A stretch of 64,000 nt of DNA from Octopus vulgaris. Taxonomy: Eukaryota. Under the pieces are notes generated by a model that made no database searches, had not been told where the DNA came from, and saw only the letters and a program-made list of their open reading frames with translations. The position numbers and the translations under genes were made by a program. Below are positions 1 through 15,254 of the stretch, one piece after another (positions within the stretch are counted from its first letter, which is position 1; each line of letters begins with the position of its first letter). The DNA lies in NCBI GenBank assembly GCA_951406725.2, contig OX597815.1:54250001-54314000 (forward strand), written 5' to 3'.

Positions 1-1028
1 CCTGTATATATATACATATATGTGTGTGTGTAACTATGCGTTTACGTGCATGTTTGTGTGTATGTTGTATATATCTATGTATATGTATGTATGTTATTGT
101 TGTATATATGTGCAATTGTATGTTAGGTCACTCTTGGTGTAACTGATAACCTGCAACCCAATACAAACTGTCACATAATCGGAATGTCAGTCATTAAAAC
201 GGCAACTCTACCAAGCCCGCTGGGTAAAAGGTTGGTTTTTCGTTACCCTTCAAGTCTGAAAACAAAACCTATCAAAGAGTGGATGAACTTAGTAGAGTTA
301 ACAGCCTTTCATCAACTGGGAGTGAGAGACCCATAGTTCTGTTCAGACATTTCTCGATGAGAAGAGAAACTCTGACATAAAACCTGCAAATTTATTTGCA
401 TCCGATTATATAGATTGGTTTCCTTTCAGTTGAAATGCATATGTTGTTTAAAAAGTGAGATTGGCCACATGTAACGCCTTTCATCACTTTGAAACGCTTC
501 ATGCACAGGCATCGCTTGATTTTTTACTAAATCTGTATTAAACTTTGCATTATACTGTTCACTGATCCGTTTTCATATCTGCTAAACATTCGTATTATGC
601 TCGCTGGGAACGATAATTTGAATATTCATTTTTAATACGTTCCGGCAGATTCGAACATGAATAGGCTAATCGTGGTCATGTTTGACACGGGATAAAAGTT
701 TCTCCTTTACGATGAATATACCTTCGTGGTACATTCGTTTCCTTGTTACAAGGAATTCTGGGATCATAATATTTCCATATGTTGAGTCTCGTCAACCAGC
801 TTAAACAAGATCAACTCTCCTAATAGATTCATTGGACCGAGAGTGCTTCTGGCTGACAAAGCACATCATGTCAAAGCACCGGTGTCCCAGAATCCATTGC
901 ACTAGTGAATCGAGTGTGCTTTGGACACATATTTGTTGTAAAGATGTTCTGTGACGAACACACCAGGAAATAGCATATTCACGTTCGAATTTGCTGGAAC
1001 ATAACAAGAATAGGTATCAAGTCATCAC

Positions 1029-1197
<169 letters not shown>

Positions 1198-2229
1198 ATT
1201 ATTGAAGATTGGAGTTAGTGATACTCTGATACTTTTATTTCATAGTTGACAATTGTTACAACAATTCCATGGTGACTAATCCAGTGATGTTTATAAATAT
1301 GTCAGCCATTAATGAACTCGTCGTATATACTAAGTATTTTACCTGCATATCCATTCATATAATTGTTCTGTCTTATCTTTTCATAAAAACAATACAAAGA
1401 AATAATCAGTTAGCTCATGAGGAACATCCCACAATGATCATACTAGGCGGTACTAAGATTAAGAACATTATCAAGAAAATGGTTAAGAAAGGAGACAGAG
1501 AAAAATGAAATGATGAGAAAACAAGGGATTTAGTTCCTTTCCACCTTGAATACAGAATTAGCGAAGTGTGAAGCAGCCCTGATATTGGGGATCTGTTGTG
1601 CAGATAAAAGATATTGTTTCTAATTTTGGCCAATAATTCTTGAAGGGACTTCCGATGCTCTAGCGATTCCTTAATCCAATAATGGTAAGGTTTATGGATT
1701 CAAATTTTGGTACTACCATTTCAGATTACACCCAGCCCAATATGTGATTGGTACTTTATTCTTTAGGCTCCAGACTTATGAAAAGCGAAGTTAACTTAGA
1801 GTTTACACAACATGTGGTGGCATACAAGACAAATTTAAATAAAACTAAGGAAGGAGTACAAAGTTATACTGTGTACATTCTAACAACAGCCTCTGGGACA
1901 TTAGTTTGTGATTTTACTGCTGTTTGCAAATCTGTTTCGGTTTCATTCCATTAACTCGAAGCAGAAATATTCAAATAGGTTTTGCTGGTGTAAGTCCAAC
2001 CACTTGGATTTATGTCTTACACTATGAAAAACTCACGGTGATAAGAGCATGCAAATTTAAGCTATCGCCACTTTTACCACATAAGTCTTCCTCACTTCTG
2101 TATTTAAAAACCACCCGTATTGTGCTTCAAAGATCATAATGCGCAATCAATGTCACTGTCAATGCCTATATACACTGTCACTGGCCTACGTACTGCGGTA
2201 TCTCCGGGTTCCTCTTTTGCATTGCTGTC

Positions 2230-2560
2230 GTTCCTGAAAACAAGATAGGTTCTGTCTTACTTGCATTGCTTGATGTTTAAAATATTTTCTCTACATTGGG
2301 AAAAGCCTTTTGTTTTGTCCTTACATGGCATACAAAGCTTCTATCTGCGAGGGTATAATGTCAACTATCTCATTGCCACTGGGAAAATATTTTGGGTAAA
2401 GAGACAGTTTCTCGTGGCATAAAGCTTCTACATCTGTTACTCTAAGAGGACCTTATCTATACCAAAAAAATTCCTTAATGATTTCGACATATATAAATCT
2501 ATTTGTTATTGTCGAAGTGAGTTGCTTTGTTAACTGAGTCGTTAAAATAGCTCTCACTTG
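2230..2560 (-). pseudogene. Degenerate gag/ORF1-like relic with decayed CCHC knuckle
   Basis: Minus strand 2334-2293 translates C-MP-C-KDKT-K-GFSQ-C (CX2CX4[H>K]X4C spacing), preceded by FPSGNEIVDIIP. Confidence 0.35.
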
Positions 2561-2715
2561 TATCGGAATCTAAAAAAAAAACAAAACATTACTTTCTTGT
2601 AGCAAAATTCGTGTCCTTGTTTTGCAATATTTTATCTTCAAAACAAATTTCTTGAAAACATCATGAAACCCATTCATTCCCTCAAACTTTCAAATGTAAG
2701 AACAATGATATTAGT

Positions 2716-3580
<865 letters not shown>

Positions 3581-4024
3581 TTAGAATGATCATAATCATA
3601 TATCTTACTTATTATGGCGGGAAGTCGATCACATCAATTCCAGTGAGAAATGGGGTCGACCTTAGAGGAATTTGAAATTTCTTAAATAGAGAGAAGGCCG
3701 GAAATTTGGAGGGAGATTATAGTCGATTATGTAATTACCAATATTTGGTATATATTTGATGACCCTAAATTTGGGAGAATAGAAAAAGTTGATTTGATTG
3801 ACTAATCCCTGCTTTATTTTGTCGACAGCACCAGAATGTAGGGCTTAGCTGACTTCTGAACTTAGAACATGAACAATTCGACCCAAAGCAAAAGATGCTT
3901 TTATGATTTAATTATGTCCGGGGATCATTCATCCGTCTAATACAACATATAGGAAGCCATAACATAATACGCAAAGATAATAATAACAAGCGGAGTGATG
4001 GTGTAATGCAGATATATTGAGACA

Positions 4025-4330
4025 TTAGATTTCATTACTTTCATTACTTTCCGCATCATCGTCACCATATAACGCCAGTATTGTATCTATGGGATCATTA
4101 GAACGTGTACATACATTAAAACTCCACATACCATCCCCAGTTACTTGAACATTCACCATCTTTCCGTACTTTGCTACAAAGATGGCGACGAGCCAAGAGT
4201 AAAATTCATTGACAATATCTATGACTGTAACACTCATAATATATCGATCCATTTATTGCGGTTCTAACATAGAGGGATGTGTGTGAGGCTTCAACTTGTC
4301 ATATATCTACGTCCCTTCATCAATTTCATA
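4025..4330 (-). pseudogene. Degenerate LINE ORF1-like (RRM-like) relic
   Basis: ORF ..SVTVIDIVNEFYSWLVAIFVAKYGKMVNVQ..G.W resembles the 'L..A..KYGKV..V' segment of L1/Tx1-type ORF1 proteins; recognised by eye only. Confidence 0.35.
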
Positions 4331-5067
4331 ATTTAAGCATACGTTTACGTGAAACTTACTTCGACAAAATATTATGTCGCTCCGTATGTAGGCCGGGTCT
4401 ACCATTAATCGATGTTATGAAGGCATGAAAAATCATGCTTCTCTTTTGGTGCTGTTGAGGTAGATATCCTTCCTTTCACACAATCTTAGATAAAGAACTT
4501 TGGAAATGACCTACTATTTTTGGTTACGAAATTCTGTCAAACAGATTTTCTCAGTTATTGAGATCATATTCAATGTACATATTTTCGGCAGTGATGACGA
4601 GATGAAAAGGTCTTTTTTTCCCACTGTTTACTTCATTTTAACAAAAAATTGTAAGCTCGTGTGTTTTTATCCTTGCTATTTCCAGATAATGTCATAAAAT
4701 TCGGTAAAAAGATTCAAACATTTTTCTCTCTTTTTTATGAGATATTTAACTCCTTTATAGAATTAAATTTTCTTTTCGTTTTTCTTTCCTTTTTTTGTTT
4801 TTGTTCTCTAATCTGTTGTATTCAGTAGACTATCCATCTGGTACTTTCTCTCTGACAACAGAATTATGTAAAGATCTCTAAAAATGACAAGCTTTATTTC
4901 TTCCCCATACTGCAAGAGAAAGTCCAAAGTGTTTCAGAAAAGGTTTTAGGAAATATGTAATCAAAAAGAATAATTTTTCATAAATGACAGTTTTTGAAAT
5001 TACAAGTAACTGGGCACGATAAGCCACATGTCTGTTTTCTCCAAACACAAAGAATGATAATTATAAT

Positions 5068-5212
5068 GATTTTTGCTTTAGGCACAAGATTAGCAACTTT
5101 GAAAGGAAGGGATTAGTCGATACTCTTGACTCCAGTATACTTGACTGATACTTTAATTATCGACTCGGGGTGGATGAAAGACAAAGTTAACTTCGGGGAG
5201 ATTTGAACTCAA
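5068..5212 (-). mobile_element. SINE family B fragment
   Basis: ggcacaag..ttagtcgat..gactccagt..atgaaagacaaagttaacttcggggagatttgaactc. Confidence 0.8.
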
Positions 5213-5567
5213 ACTAGTTAAATCATTTTAAGTTACTAAAATAATTACACAAAATATTTCGGGATTTCTGTAAATATAAAGATATAATTAAGAAAGTTAT
5301 ATTAAAAAGAAAACAAATAGTGAACCATGTGTACATGGGGGAAAATACATCTGCTCTTTGTATTAAAGACCCGTGATTTTCTCACTTGATACTTGTGTAG
5401 TTACTGTAATATACGGGATAAAAAGAACATCATCGAACATTCTAGGGAACTGTCTGTTTTATGGAATGATACACTAATGGAATGGTCTTCAATATCGCAT
5501 AATACCTCTTATAATCCAGTGCAAAATCAGACTTTTCACACAATACATCGTCATCAATATCTTCAGT

Positions 5568-6700
5568 TCAGAAAGACCAGCTTACATCATCCTTCGTATA
5601 TTTCTTTTGTTTTAGATGGTTTGTATATTTCCTTTTATATTTTTGTGTTTGTTTTTTATCATTTCCGAAATTTTTCCGACTTTGCCCAGCCTCGTTAACA
5701 GACGATGAGTTTGTACCACTGGAAGGTAAGGGCTCGGCTTCATGGTGCTCGTTCAATTAATCCCTTTTGGTTGGATTTCTGGTTATGGCTGCAAATGCCT
5801 TCTTTCTCGAAGCTGAGACCGATAATGTTTTGGGAACTATAGCCTTTGTGTTCTGTTAATGATGTAGTTATCATTGCTGCTGTCTGCCAGTCGCTTTCCT
5901 TATCTTTTCAACTCGTTAGGACTGCAAGCTCTCCAAGTAGAGCGTTGTGTCCTGCACCACCAATCGTAGAGTACTGCTGAAGCTTTCTATTGTCATTACG
6001 AACTGCATGTCCATGCTGCCCCCACTCGAACACCTATCATTATCCGACGCAAAGAATATGTCTGTACTCTAATGCAAACGAGAAAAGGATCGACGTCAAA
6101 ACAGTATCCTTAAACATAACCCATAAATTAAACATCCCTAAATATTGCAACATAAGATTATGGACATGTATGTAAGATACAACTCGTCTAGGCTTTCCTC
6201 GATCTCCAAAATTAGATACACATTCACGTATATCCTGCAACGCTTGATGGAAACACTTTTCCCTCCTCACCATGCATCATTCAGAGTTTCATTTAACGGC
6301 TCCTTTAAGGACATAGCAAACGACACTTCATTTTGCGACATGTAGATATTTTTGTCCTTGACCTTAGATAAAAGCTGTTAAGCAAAGAGGCTAAACCTTT
6401 TGCTAAATAGCTTCCTTACAGTTTTTCTCCGTCTTAGACCGAATACTTTGTGGCTCAAAACGTTAGCAAAGCTATTATTGTGGCAGATTGGTCTTTCTTT
6501 TTTTCAGGAACTATCTCAGGTGTCATTATTTCCATTGTAATTGTCTTCGTTCGTGTTTATTTCTCGACATGTCAATGTCTGTGTTTATATTTTTTATCTA
6601 TACCTGTTCGTTTAAATGTCACCATTACTTTCTTTATCACCCCTTTTGTTTCAAAATTTATGTTTCTATTTTCACTTTTTTCAACATTTCTCTTTTCGAA
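5568..6700 (-). pseudogene. Degenerate gag/ORF1-like relic with decayed CCHC knuckle
   Basis: Minus 6032-5992 reads C-(1 nt lost)F-E-W-GQHG-H-AVRN-D, i.e. CX2[C>W]X4HX4[C>D]; upstream GDRGKPRRVVSYIHV; downstream Lys-rich low-complexity tail. Confidence 0.4.
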
Positions 6701-6872
6701 AATTTTCTGCGCGTGATCAGTTTAATTTCATTTCTCAATAATACCACACACTGCTTCCCAACACGGAAAGAGATATCTCAAACATTTTCAAAATGAAATA
6801 AATGTTCAAAGAATTAAATCTCGAGGTGAGCACTGAGTTGATGTATCAGACATTCAAAAATTATGGGTCCCC

Positions 6873-6875
6873 ATA

Positions 6876-6953
<78 letters not shown>
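6873..6953. repeat. (AAT)n microsatellite
   Basis: Direct reading; abuts the 3' end of a family B SINE. Confidence 0.97.
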
Positions 6954-7969
<1,016 letters not shown>

Positions 7970-8049
7970 CTTTATCACTCGTAAAGGCTCAAAGCAAAAC
8001 CGCAAATAACACGAAAATTCCAAAGAAGATACTCAAGAAGATACAAAGA

Positions 8050-8230
8050 GAGCTCCTCAAGACATGAAGAAAAATCTGGTTCACCCTGACTACGAGAGCA
8101 ATCTCTCATCCGCTGGCCAACAGGAGCATGCACAGAGCAGGTCCGTTCACACGTACTACATTTACAACTGTCATTCAAAGAATTTACTGGGTGGAGGCAT
8201 CTTCTGCATTCACTTTTCTCACTAACTAAA
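8050..8230 (-). mobile_element. RTE-type LINE 3' end relic (C-terminal zinc finger)
   Basis: CSTCERTCSVHAPVGQRMRDC has the spacing of the RTE C-terminal motif CxxCxRxCxSxxGLxSHxRxC. Confidence 0.45.
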
Positions 8231-9529
8231 ACTTGAAAAAGAAAAAGGGTAATAATTATGTATGATTTAGGTAAATTGAAAGTAATTGTGAGAGTAGCTG
8301 ATGCTGTAACCGCAGTACTTGACTGATACTTATTTCATCAACTCCGAAGGTATAAATGGAAAATTTGACGCTGGGGGGATTTGAACTCAGAATGCAAAGA
8401 GCTGGAACAATTCTGTCAATCTAATAAGATCAAAATTCTTCCTAGCATAACTACAAGACTTTTACTGCTTCGTCCGCTTGCTCAATCCCGAAATGCCCCT
8501 AACAGTGTAGAGGAACATCATGGTACGTAAAATTCGTTAAGAAGATATTGTGTAAAGTTTAGTGCAGCGTTTCACTAGCTACTGTGCTGAGTTCAATCTT
8601 CAACACTTCAATAATAACAAAGACAGGACTATCCAAGAACATCTACTCTAAACACAATTCATGCAAATACGTTCGTACAGCTCAATCTATATTGGTTAGG
8701 ACTAAATAACGACAACGATAACTTAAAATAGTGTGTGTGTGCGTGAGTGTGTGTGTATGTGTACGCGTGCGCGTGTGTGTGCGCGTAGGCGCGGGCGCAC
8801 GCGCATGGTTATGTGTATACGAGTATTACATGTATGAGTGTGCGTACGTGGGTGTGTGTATGTGTGTCGTATAAACATAATAACATGCAGGCATAAACAG
8901 AAGCACACACACACTCATCTACTTACATGGATTGGCAAGCATATCTACACGTATCTATATATAAAGAGAAGTAGCGAGAGAGTAGAGAGAGAGTGAGAGA
9001 GAGAGAGGAGGAGGAAGGAAAGGATGAGAGTGAGGGAGAGAGAAACAAACTTACAGACAGACTGACAGACATTACGCGAAAAGAAAATCAAATGTGTGTT
9101 GAAATTTAGGGCGAAGACTGCATTGTGTTGAAATGTATTGTGGCATGTTCGATAAAATTGTACTCTAACACAAAAACGCTTCCTTCTGTTGTAAACATAG
9201 CGACTACACCTCTAAACACACACACACAGACTCAATTACATACATACATACACACACGCGCACGCACACACTTAAACACACACACATACGGACACACATC
9301 AAATTTCCCTTTCGTACCTTCGGAGTCATACCCTTACACGGACACACATATGTACGTATGTGTGTGCGTTTGAGAAATTCATGGGACTGTCTAAAACAAA
9401 CAGGGTGAATGTGAAAGGGAAAAATTATCTGAATTCATTCATACGCACAGATACACGCGCACGAATACCGTCATGTGCGCGTGTGTGTGAGTGCAAATAT
9501 ACATACATATAGGTACATACATACATATA

Positions 9530-9680
9530 CGAGGGGTGCTGAAAAGTTCCTAGCTTTATGTAAAGGAAAATACCGGAGGATCAGTTAATTATGATTTTAT
9601 TGAGTATATTCCCTTCTCATATACACACAGCAGTCTTTCGTGATACCCTTAAAGCCAGGAACTTTTCAGTATTCCCCTCC
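9530..9680. mobile_element. Mariner-type MITE (~150 bp)
   Basis: Imperfect ~29 bp TIRs CGAGGGGTGCTGAAAAGTTCCTAGCTTTA / TAAAGCCAGGAACTTTTCAGTATTCCCCTCC, with TA on both sides, inside a (TACA)n tract. Confidence 0.85.
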
Positions 9681-9750
9681 TATACATACATACATACATA
9701 CATACATACATACAGACAGACAGACAGACCAACAGACAGACAGACAGACC

Positions 9751-9822
<72 letters not shown>

Positions 9823-9823
9823 T

Positions 9824-9886
<63 letters not shown>

Positions 9887-9890
9887 TACA

Positions 9891-9935
<45 letters not shown>
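9681..9935. repeat. Compound (TACA)n-(GACA)n-(GATA)n-(TA)n microsatellite
   Basis: Direct reading. Confidence 0.97.
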
Positions 9936-9936
<1 letters not shown>

Positions 9937-10319
9937 GATACACATGCAGGAACATAACACAAACAAGCTGGCACACAGACACACACACCCACACACAGTA
10001 AGATAGACTGCCAAGTAATAGCAAATATATAATTAAATATCAGTGTCTTAGTTTACACATAGCCATTCATATATGTAAATCAACACGCTAATTAAAATCA
10101 ACGCTCAAGTCACGCATAGACTACATCGTACACACTGTATACGCACACGGAAAATCATACGATGTACAATATATTTTGTTTACTATAGAACGCTGGAAAT
10201 AAATGTGTTTTGAAGAAATTGAAATCATCCCTTTCTTTTCACATATTAGATTTTGACTTATTGCTATGTACATGAAGAAATGGTTTACAGATTGCTATCA
10301 AACTATATGTTAGAAAACT

Positions 10320-10438
10320 ATATGCATATATGTATGTGTGTGTATATTACATAAGTATGTATACATGTATATGTATGTGTGTATACATATATATATATAT
10401 ATATATATGTGTGTATGTATGTATGTATGTATGTATAT

Positions 10439-10470
<32 letters not shown>

Positions 10471-10471
10471 A

Positions 10472-10532
<61 letters not shown>

Positions 10533-10594
10533 TACATGCACATATATATATATATGCATATATGTATGTATGTATGTATCTATCTATCTATTCA

Positions 10595-10648
<54 letters not shown>

Positions 10649-10657
10649 GTATGTATG

Positions 10658-10688
<31 letters not shown>

Positions 10689-10710
10689 GTAAGTATGTAT
10701 GTATATAAGA
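10320..10710. repeat. (TA)n/(TATG)n microsatellite block
   Basis: Direct reading. Confidence 0.97.
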
Positions 10711-11596
10711 AATGGGAAACAAAACAATAAATTGAACAATTATAGATTCAATTCAATTTAAATATTTTAAGTGTGCAATACATATGTGTATGTGTGTGTA
10801 ATAGATTCTTATAAAATGATATATACGTAATTTATACATAATACATATACGTATACATACACACACACGCGCGCACACACACCCACATACACATATAATT
10901 TATAAAAGATATAGACCTATATAGAAATATGTTTGAGTATGTAGGTGTGTGCGTGTTTGTGGGGATATCTCTGAGTGAGTGTGTGTGAGTGTGTATGTGT
11001 GCATGTGTGCGGTGCGCGTGTGTGCACCTCTGTGGTTGTGTGTGCGTGTGCGGGCACGTGTGTGTGTGTGTGTGTGTTCGCTGTGTATGTTGAGGGCCAA
11101 AAAAAGCAGCATACGGAATGAGAATGAAGACAAGAGAACGAGAAGAAATAAATTATTGAAAGAACGAAAGGAGAAAACAATGAGGAAATGAAGACGAAAG
11201 TAAAGAACGAATTGAATTAATTGAAGAAGCGACTGAAACGGAAGACAGAAGGAAAGAATTGAAGCCAAGAAGGATAACATACTGCCATTAAATCATATTG
11301 TTTTTGTCATTATTGTTTTGCCCCAAGTTACTCATCAAGATTGATCAGTCCTACGATGAAAGACATTCCAACCTTGACACTCCCATCTGTTTGTATATCG
11401 AGCATTACGTTGTAGAATGTATCCTTACTTTTTTATGCGAAATATATGATACGATGGATATTTATCTGCTATTTCTAACAGGTCGCTTTTTGTAATATCA
11501 CCCTTTGGTTGGTTCTAAGATAGTAAGTGTAAGAGTCGAGTTAATATGTAAAGCAATAGGAGGAACTGAGTAAGTTGATTATAGTATAGTACTTAC

Positions 11597-11676
11597 CATC
11601 AGTGTACAGCTGTTGAACACCGGGCATGCATCCTTTGCAAAGACTTGAGAAAGTAAAGCGTCTCAAGCACCGCATT
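11597..11676 (-). CDS. Candidate first coding exon of an unidentified host gene
   Basis: Consensus donor ATG|GTAAGT on the minus strand at 11597/11596; open frame MRCLRRFTFSSLCKGCMPGVQQLYTD (phase 1), or the terminal ATG alone as start; unique, relatively GC-rich sequence with CAG/TAG repeats upstream. No homology recognised. Confidence 0.3.
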
Positions 11677-11949
11677 AACCGAAGCACACGAAAACAAAAA
11701 CACGGTAAACTGCAAAGTACAATGACTTGGCAGTGTTTGGTCGTTATGGTGGTCGTGGAGGGAGTAGAGTAGTGGGAGGAAATCAGAAGGAGCGACGTTG
11801 CCAGTTAGTGTAGTATGCGTTTCTCTTGCCAGCATCACACAGGATCGCAAGCTGCTGGAGCAAGCGTTAACATATAAATCACAACGTAAGCTGGAGTTAG
11901 TTTATCTCGCAGAAGGTTAACAAATAAATAAAATAAATAAATAAACTGA

Positions 11950-11980
11950 CCACAGCAACAGCAGCAGCAGCAGTGAGGAC

Positions 11981-12032
<52 letters not shown>

Positions 12033-12347
12033 ACTCCAGAAGAAAGCAGCAAGCGCAGCAGCAGCTGAAGTGCTGTGCAGCATCACTAACAATACCAATA
12101 CTGGCCGAATTAGTATTAGCAATGGTTAACATCAGAAGTAACAAAACTGACAAGGCACACACACACACACACACGCACACATAAACAAACGTACTCGCAC
12201 ACGCAAACAAACGTTACTCACGTATGCACTCGAACATTTATACATGTACACGCACATATACGTACACACATCGCACGCGCGCACACACACGTATGAGTCA
12301 GTTATTGTAGGCCACTACTACTAGTAGTAGTGGTGGTGGTGGTGGTG

Positions 12348-12382
<35 letters not shown>
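11950..12382. repeat. (CAG)n, (TAG)n, (CA)n and (GGT)n microsatellites
   Basis: Direct reading. Confidence 0.9.
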
Positions 12383-12384
<2 letters not shown>

Positions 12385-13480
12385 ATTTGAAAATTAGTTG
12401 TAATTCTGGTTAGTTGTTTAACACAGGTCAGCCCAGACTTAGGAAATGTAGAAATTTGGGTGTTACCAAGTATAATATGAAAGATATTTATCTGTTGCTT
12501 CTAGGTAGACGAGCGGCCACATGAGGACACTCTCATTAGTTTCTAAAATACAGATGATTCTAAGAATTGGTTCTATACATGTGTCGTGGTAGTACACATC
12601 GGCAAATCAAGAAAGCAGTTTCGAATTCCTAAGTCAACTGTTTTACTAATATTGTTAATGAAAATTATGGAAATTATGATTACCGCATGATCTCAATTCA
12701 TTTTATCTTCTATTGAAGAAGGATAGCATATGAACCCATAGTGTGATGAAGGAAGAAGTTGTAGTTTTATAAAAATCTCAAGTGCTTGAGATAAGTCTTA
12801 TTGTTAAATCATTTTATTTCTTTATGTGTGATCTATTAGGAAAGTAATCGTTAAAAAGATTGGGACTGCGAAGCTCATCTGTAAATAAAGTGAAGTGGTC
12901 GTGTAAAATGACATGACATCGTGCGTGAAGTGAATATCGTCATGCATGGACAAGAGTATGCCGATTAATTACTGGTTTTAGGTCAAATCCTACAGCAACC
13001 GATTCCTTTGATTATACATTTCTCCAACTAATGTATCGTCTTGTACTGCGGTAAGAAATCATTCTTGTTGTATGGATGGGAGGATCTATTTTGTGATAAT
13101 AAAAATAGCATGCGGTATAAATTCAAATCGTTCAGGATCGACTTTATATTTCATCTTTACAGGATAAATCAAATATATTCTAACCCTGTACCGATATAAT
13201 GACCGTTCCCTCCTACAAGATGCATAGCCTTACGCCTACCTAATACATCGTTATTAATATTATTGTAATTAACTACAATATGTGGCAGAATCGATAGGGA
13301 GACTACAAAAGTCCTGAAAGAATTTAGTTACATCTCTCAAGTTTAAATATAGTCAGGGTCCACAGTGAAGTACAGCTAAGTTTCTAATTAATTGTTGTAA
13401 GCAACAGAAGTATTGTTAAAACAAACACGAATATTTGAGGTTACTGTTCTGCGATGTAGTAGAGAGTAGCATTCTGTTCA

Positions 13481-13585
13481 CGCACAGGAGAGGCTGAGCG
13501 TAAGTAGCTGCTTACCAACCACATAGTTTCGGGTTCAGTCCCACTGATAGACGGAAACTGAAAGAAGCTCATTATATATGAGTAC

Positions 13586-13635
<50 letters not shown>

Positions 13636-13823
13636 CCAACATCGCTTGACAACCGAAGGTGTTGTGTTTATGTCCCCGTAACTTAGCGGTTCGGCAAAAG
13701 AGACCGATAGAATAAGTACTAGGCTTACAAAGAATAAGTCCTGGGGTCGATTTGCTCGACTAAAGGCGGTGCTCCAGAATGGCCTCGGTCAAATGACTGA
13801 AACAAGTAAAAGAATAAAAGAAT
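13481..13823 (+). mobile_element. tRNA-derived SINE family A, internally deleted
   Basis: B box GGTTCAGTCCC, (TG)n middle, ggcggtgctccag..tgactgaaacaagtaaaag tail; lacks the core segment between cccactg and agacgg. Confidence 0.9.
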
Positions 13824-14156
13824 TTCATTCGCTTTGATTCAATACAATATCACTGGTCATTGTTAACATTAACTGTAGACAGGAAAATACGACTTTACTT
13901 TTTCATTCGTTTCAGTCATTAGAATGCAGCCATACTGAGACACCGCCCAAACTAGAAAACATTACCTGTACTAGTGCACAGTGTGCCACTTGTGAGATGC
14001 ACACTCAATCGCAGAACAAGTGTAGATGATACGGCTTGATCTACCAAAGGGTTGAGGGTTGATGGCCAACATACACACAAGCAAACATATTCATATACAA
14101 AGGGTATAAAATGTAAAATATATATATATATAAAGGAATATAAAAATTATAATAAA

Positions 14157-15240
14157 TCAAGTCATCCCATAAGTTCTCTCCGAATTTTGAATAAAGAAAA
14201 CAAGTGATCAAATGTTATATTTAATTGAAATTTAATCATCAATGTACTTTCCCTGATTATCTATGACTTCCTTCCATATATTTACAAGCTTTTATAATCC
14301 CATCAATGTAAAACTCTTTTGGTTTCAAAGCAAAGAACTCTGAAATGTCAGTTTCGACCTCCTCCTGACTAGTGAAAGTTATGTCTCCCAAATGATTCTG
14401 TAAACTACGAAACAAATAGTAGTCCGAAGGAACAAGGTCGGAAGAATAAGGTGGATGAGGAATTTTTCCCAGCCTGGCTCTTCGATCTTTTGTGATATGA
14501 TCTTTGTAGTGTGAGGTCGCACATTGTCCTGATGAAACATCACTCCTTTTCCATTCACTAAAGCGGGTCTTTTTTTCTTCAAAGCTTGGTTCAAACGCTC
14601 TAATTGCTGACAGTAGACTTGAGCTTTGTTTGTTGAATTAGGTGATAACAATTCAAAGCGAATTACTCCTTTGCAATCCCACCAGATAGAGAGAAGAACC
14701 TTTCCTCCATGAAGTTCCCTTCTCGGTTGTGGTTGAGCTTTTTCCCTTTTACCAAGCCACTGTTTACGACGATAGAAGATCCATTTTTCGTCACCAGTTA
14801 CAAGTCTATCCAAAAAGGGTTAAATGTGTTCGCAAGAATGGATAGAAGAGTAGAAGTCAACTCTGGATTTGCAGTTGCTTTCGGACAATTCATGAGGCAC
14901 CCATTTTCCAAGTTTAGGAACATTTCCAAGTTGTTGAAGATGACGATGAACAGTTGCATGGTTTGAACTAAGCCTTATTGCCAATTTTTTCAACTGATAA
15001 TGCAGGATTTTCTTCAAGTAATGCATCAAGGAGCTTATCATCAAACTCAACTTGACGTCCTGTTTGATCTCTATCTTCAAGGCTGAAATCTCCACTTCTG
15101 AATTTTGCAAGCCATCTTCTGTACGTTGTTTCATTGAAGCATTCTTTCCCATAAACTGAGTGTATGTTTCGAGTCGCTTCGGCTGCAGAGTTTCCTTTTT
15201 TGCACTCATAATGCAGTATGTGCCTTAAAGGCTGTTTTAT
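14157..15240 (-). mobile_element. Mariner transposon relic (frameshifted DD34D transposase, one TIR)
   Basis: KWVPHEL, VTGDEKW, LLSIWWD, HQDNVRPH and a frameshifted HPPYSSDLVPSDY motif; TIR-like tcaagtcatcccataagtt at the left end; 5' end missing. Confidence 0.93.
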
Positions 15241-15254
15241 GAATCTTGTGAGAA

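Noticed and set aside
130-1010. Possible RTE 5'UTR-like segment and minus-strand LINE C-terminal relic
   Set aside because: Only faint resemblance (gagaagagaaactctgacataaaacc; WILGHRCFD); too degraded to assign.
8085-8231. Cys-rich candidate exon 2, in phase with the 11597 donor and with a good acceptor
   Set aside because: Its cysteine spacing matches the RTE C-terminal zinc finger and the donor is weak; a LINE relic is more parsimonious, although exonisation is not excluded.
11340-12545. Faint old repeat fragments (11340-11490, 12410-12545; similar at 50220-50400)
   Set aside because: Probably one ancient interspersed family, but too decayed to delimit or classify.
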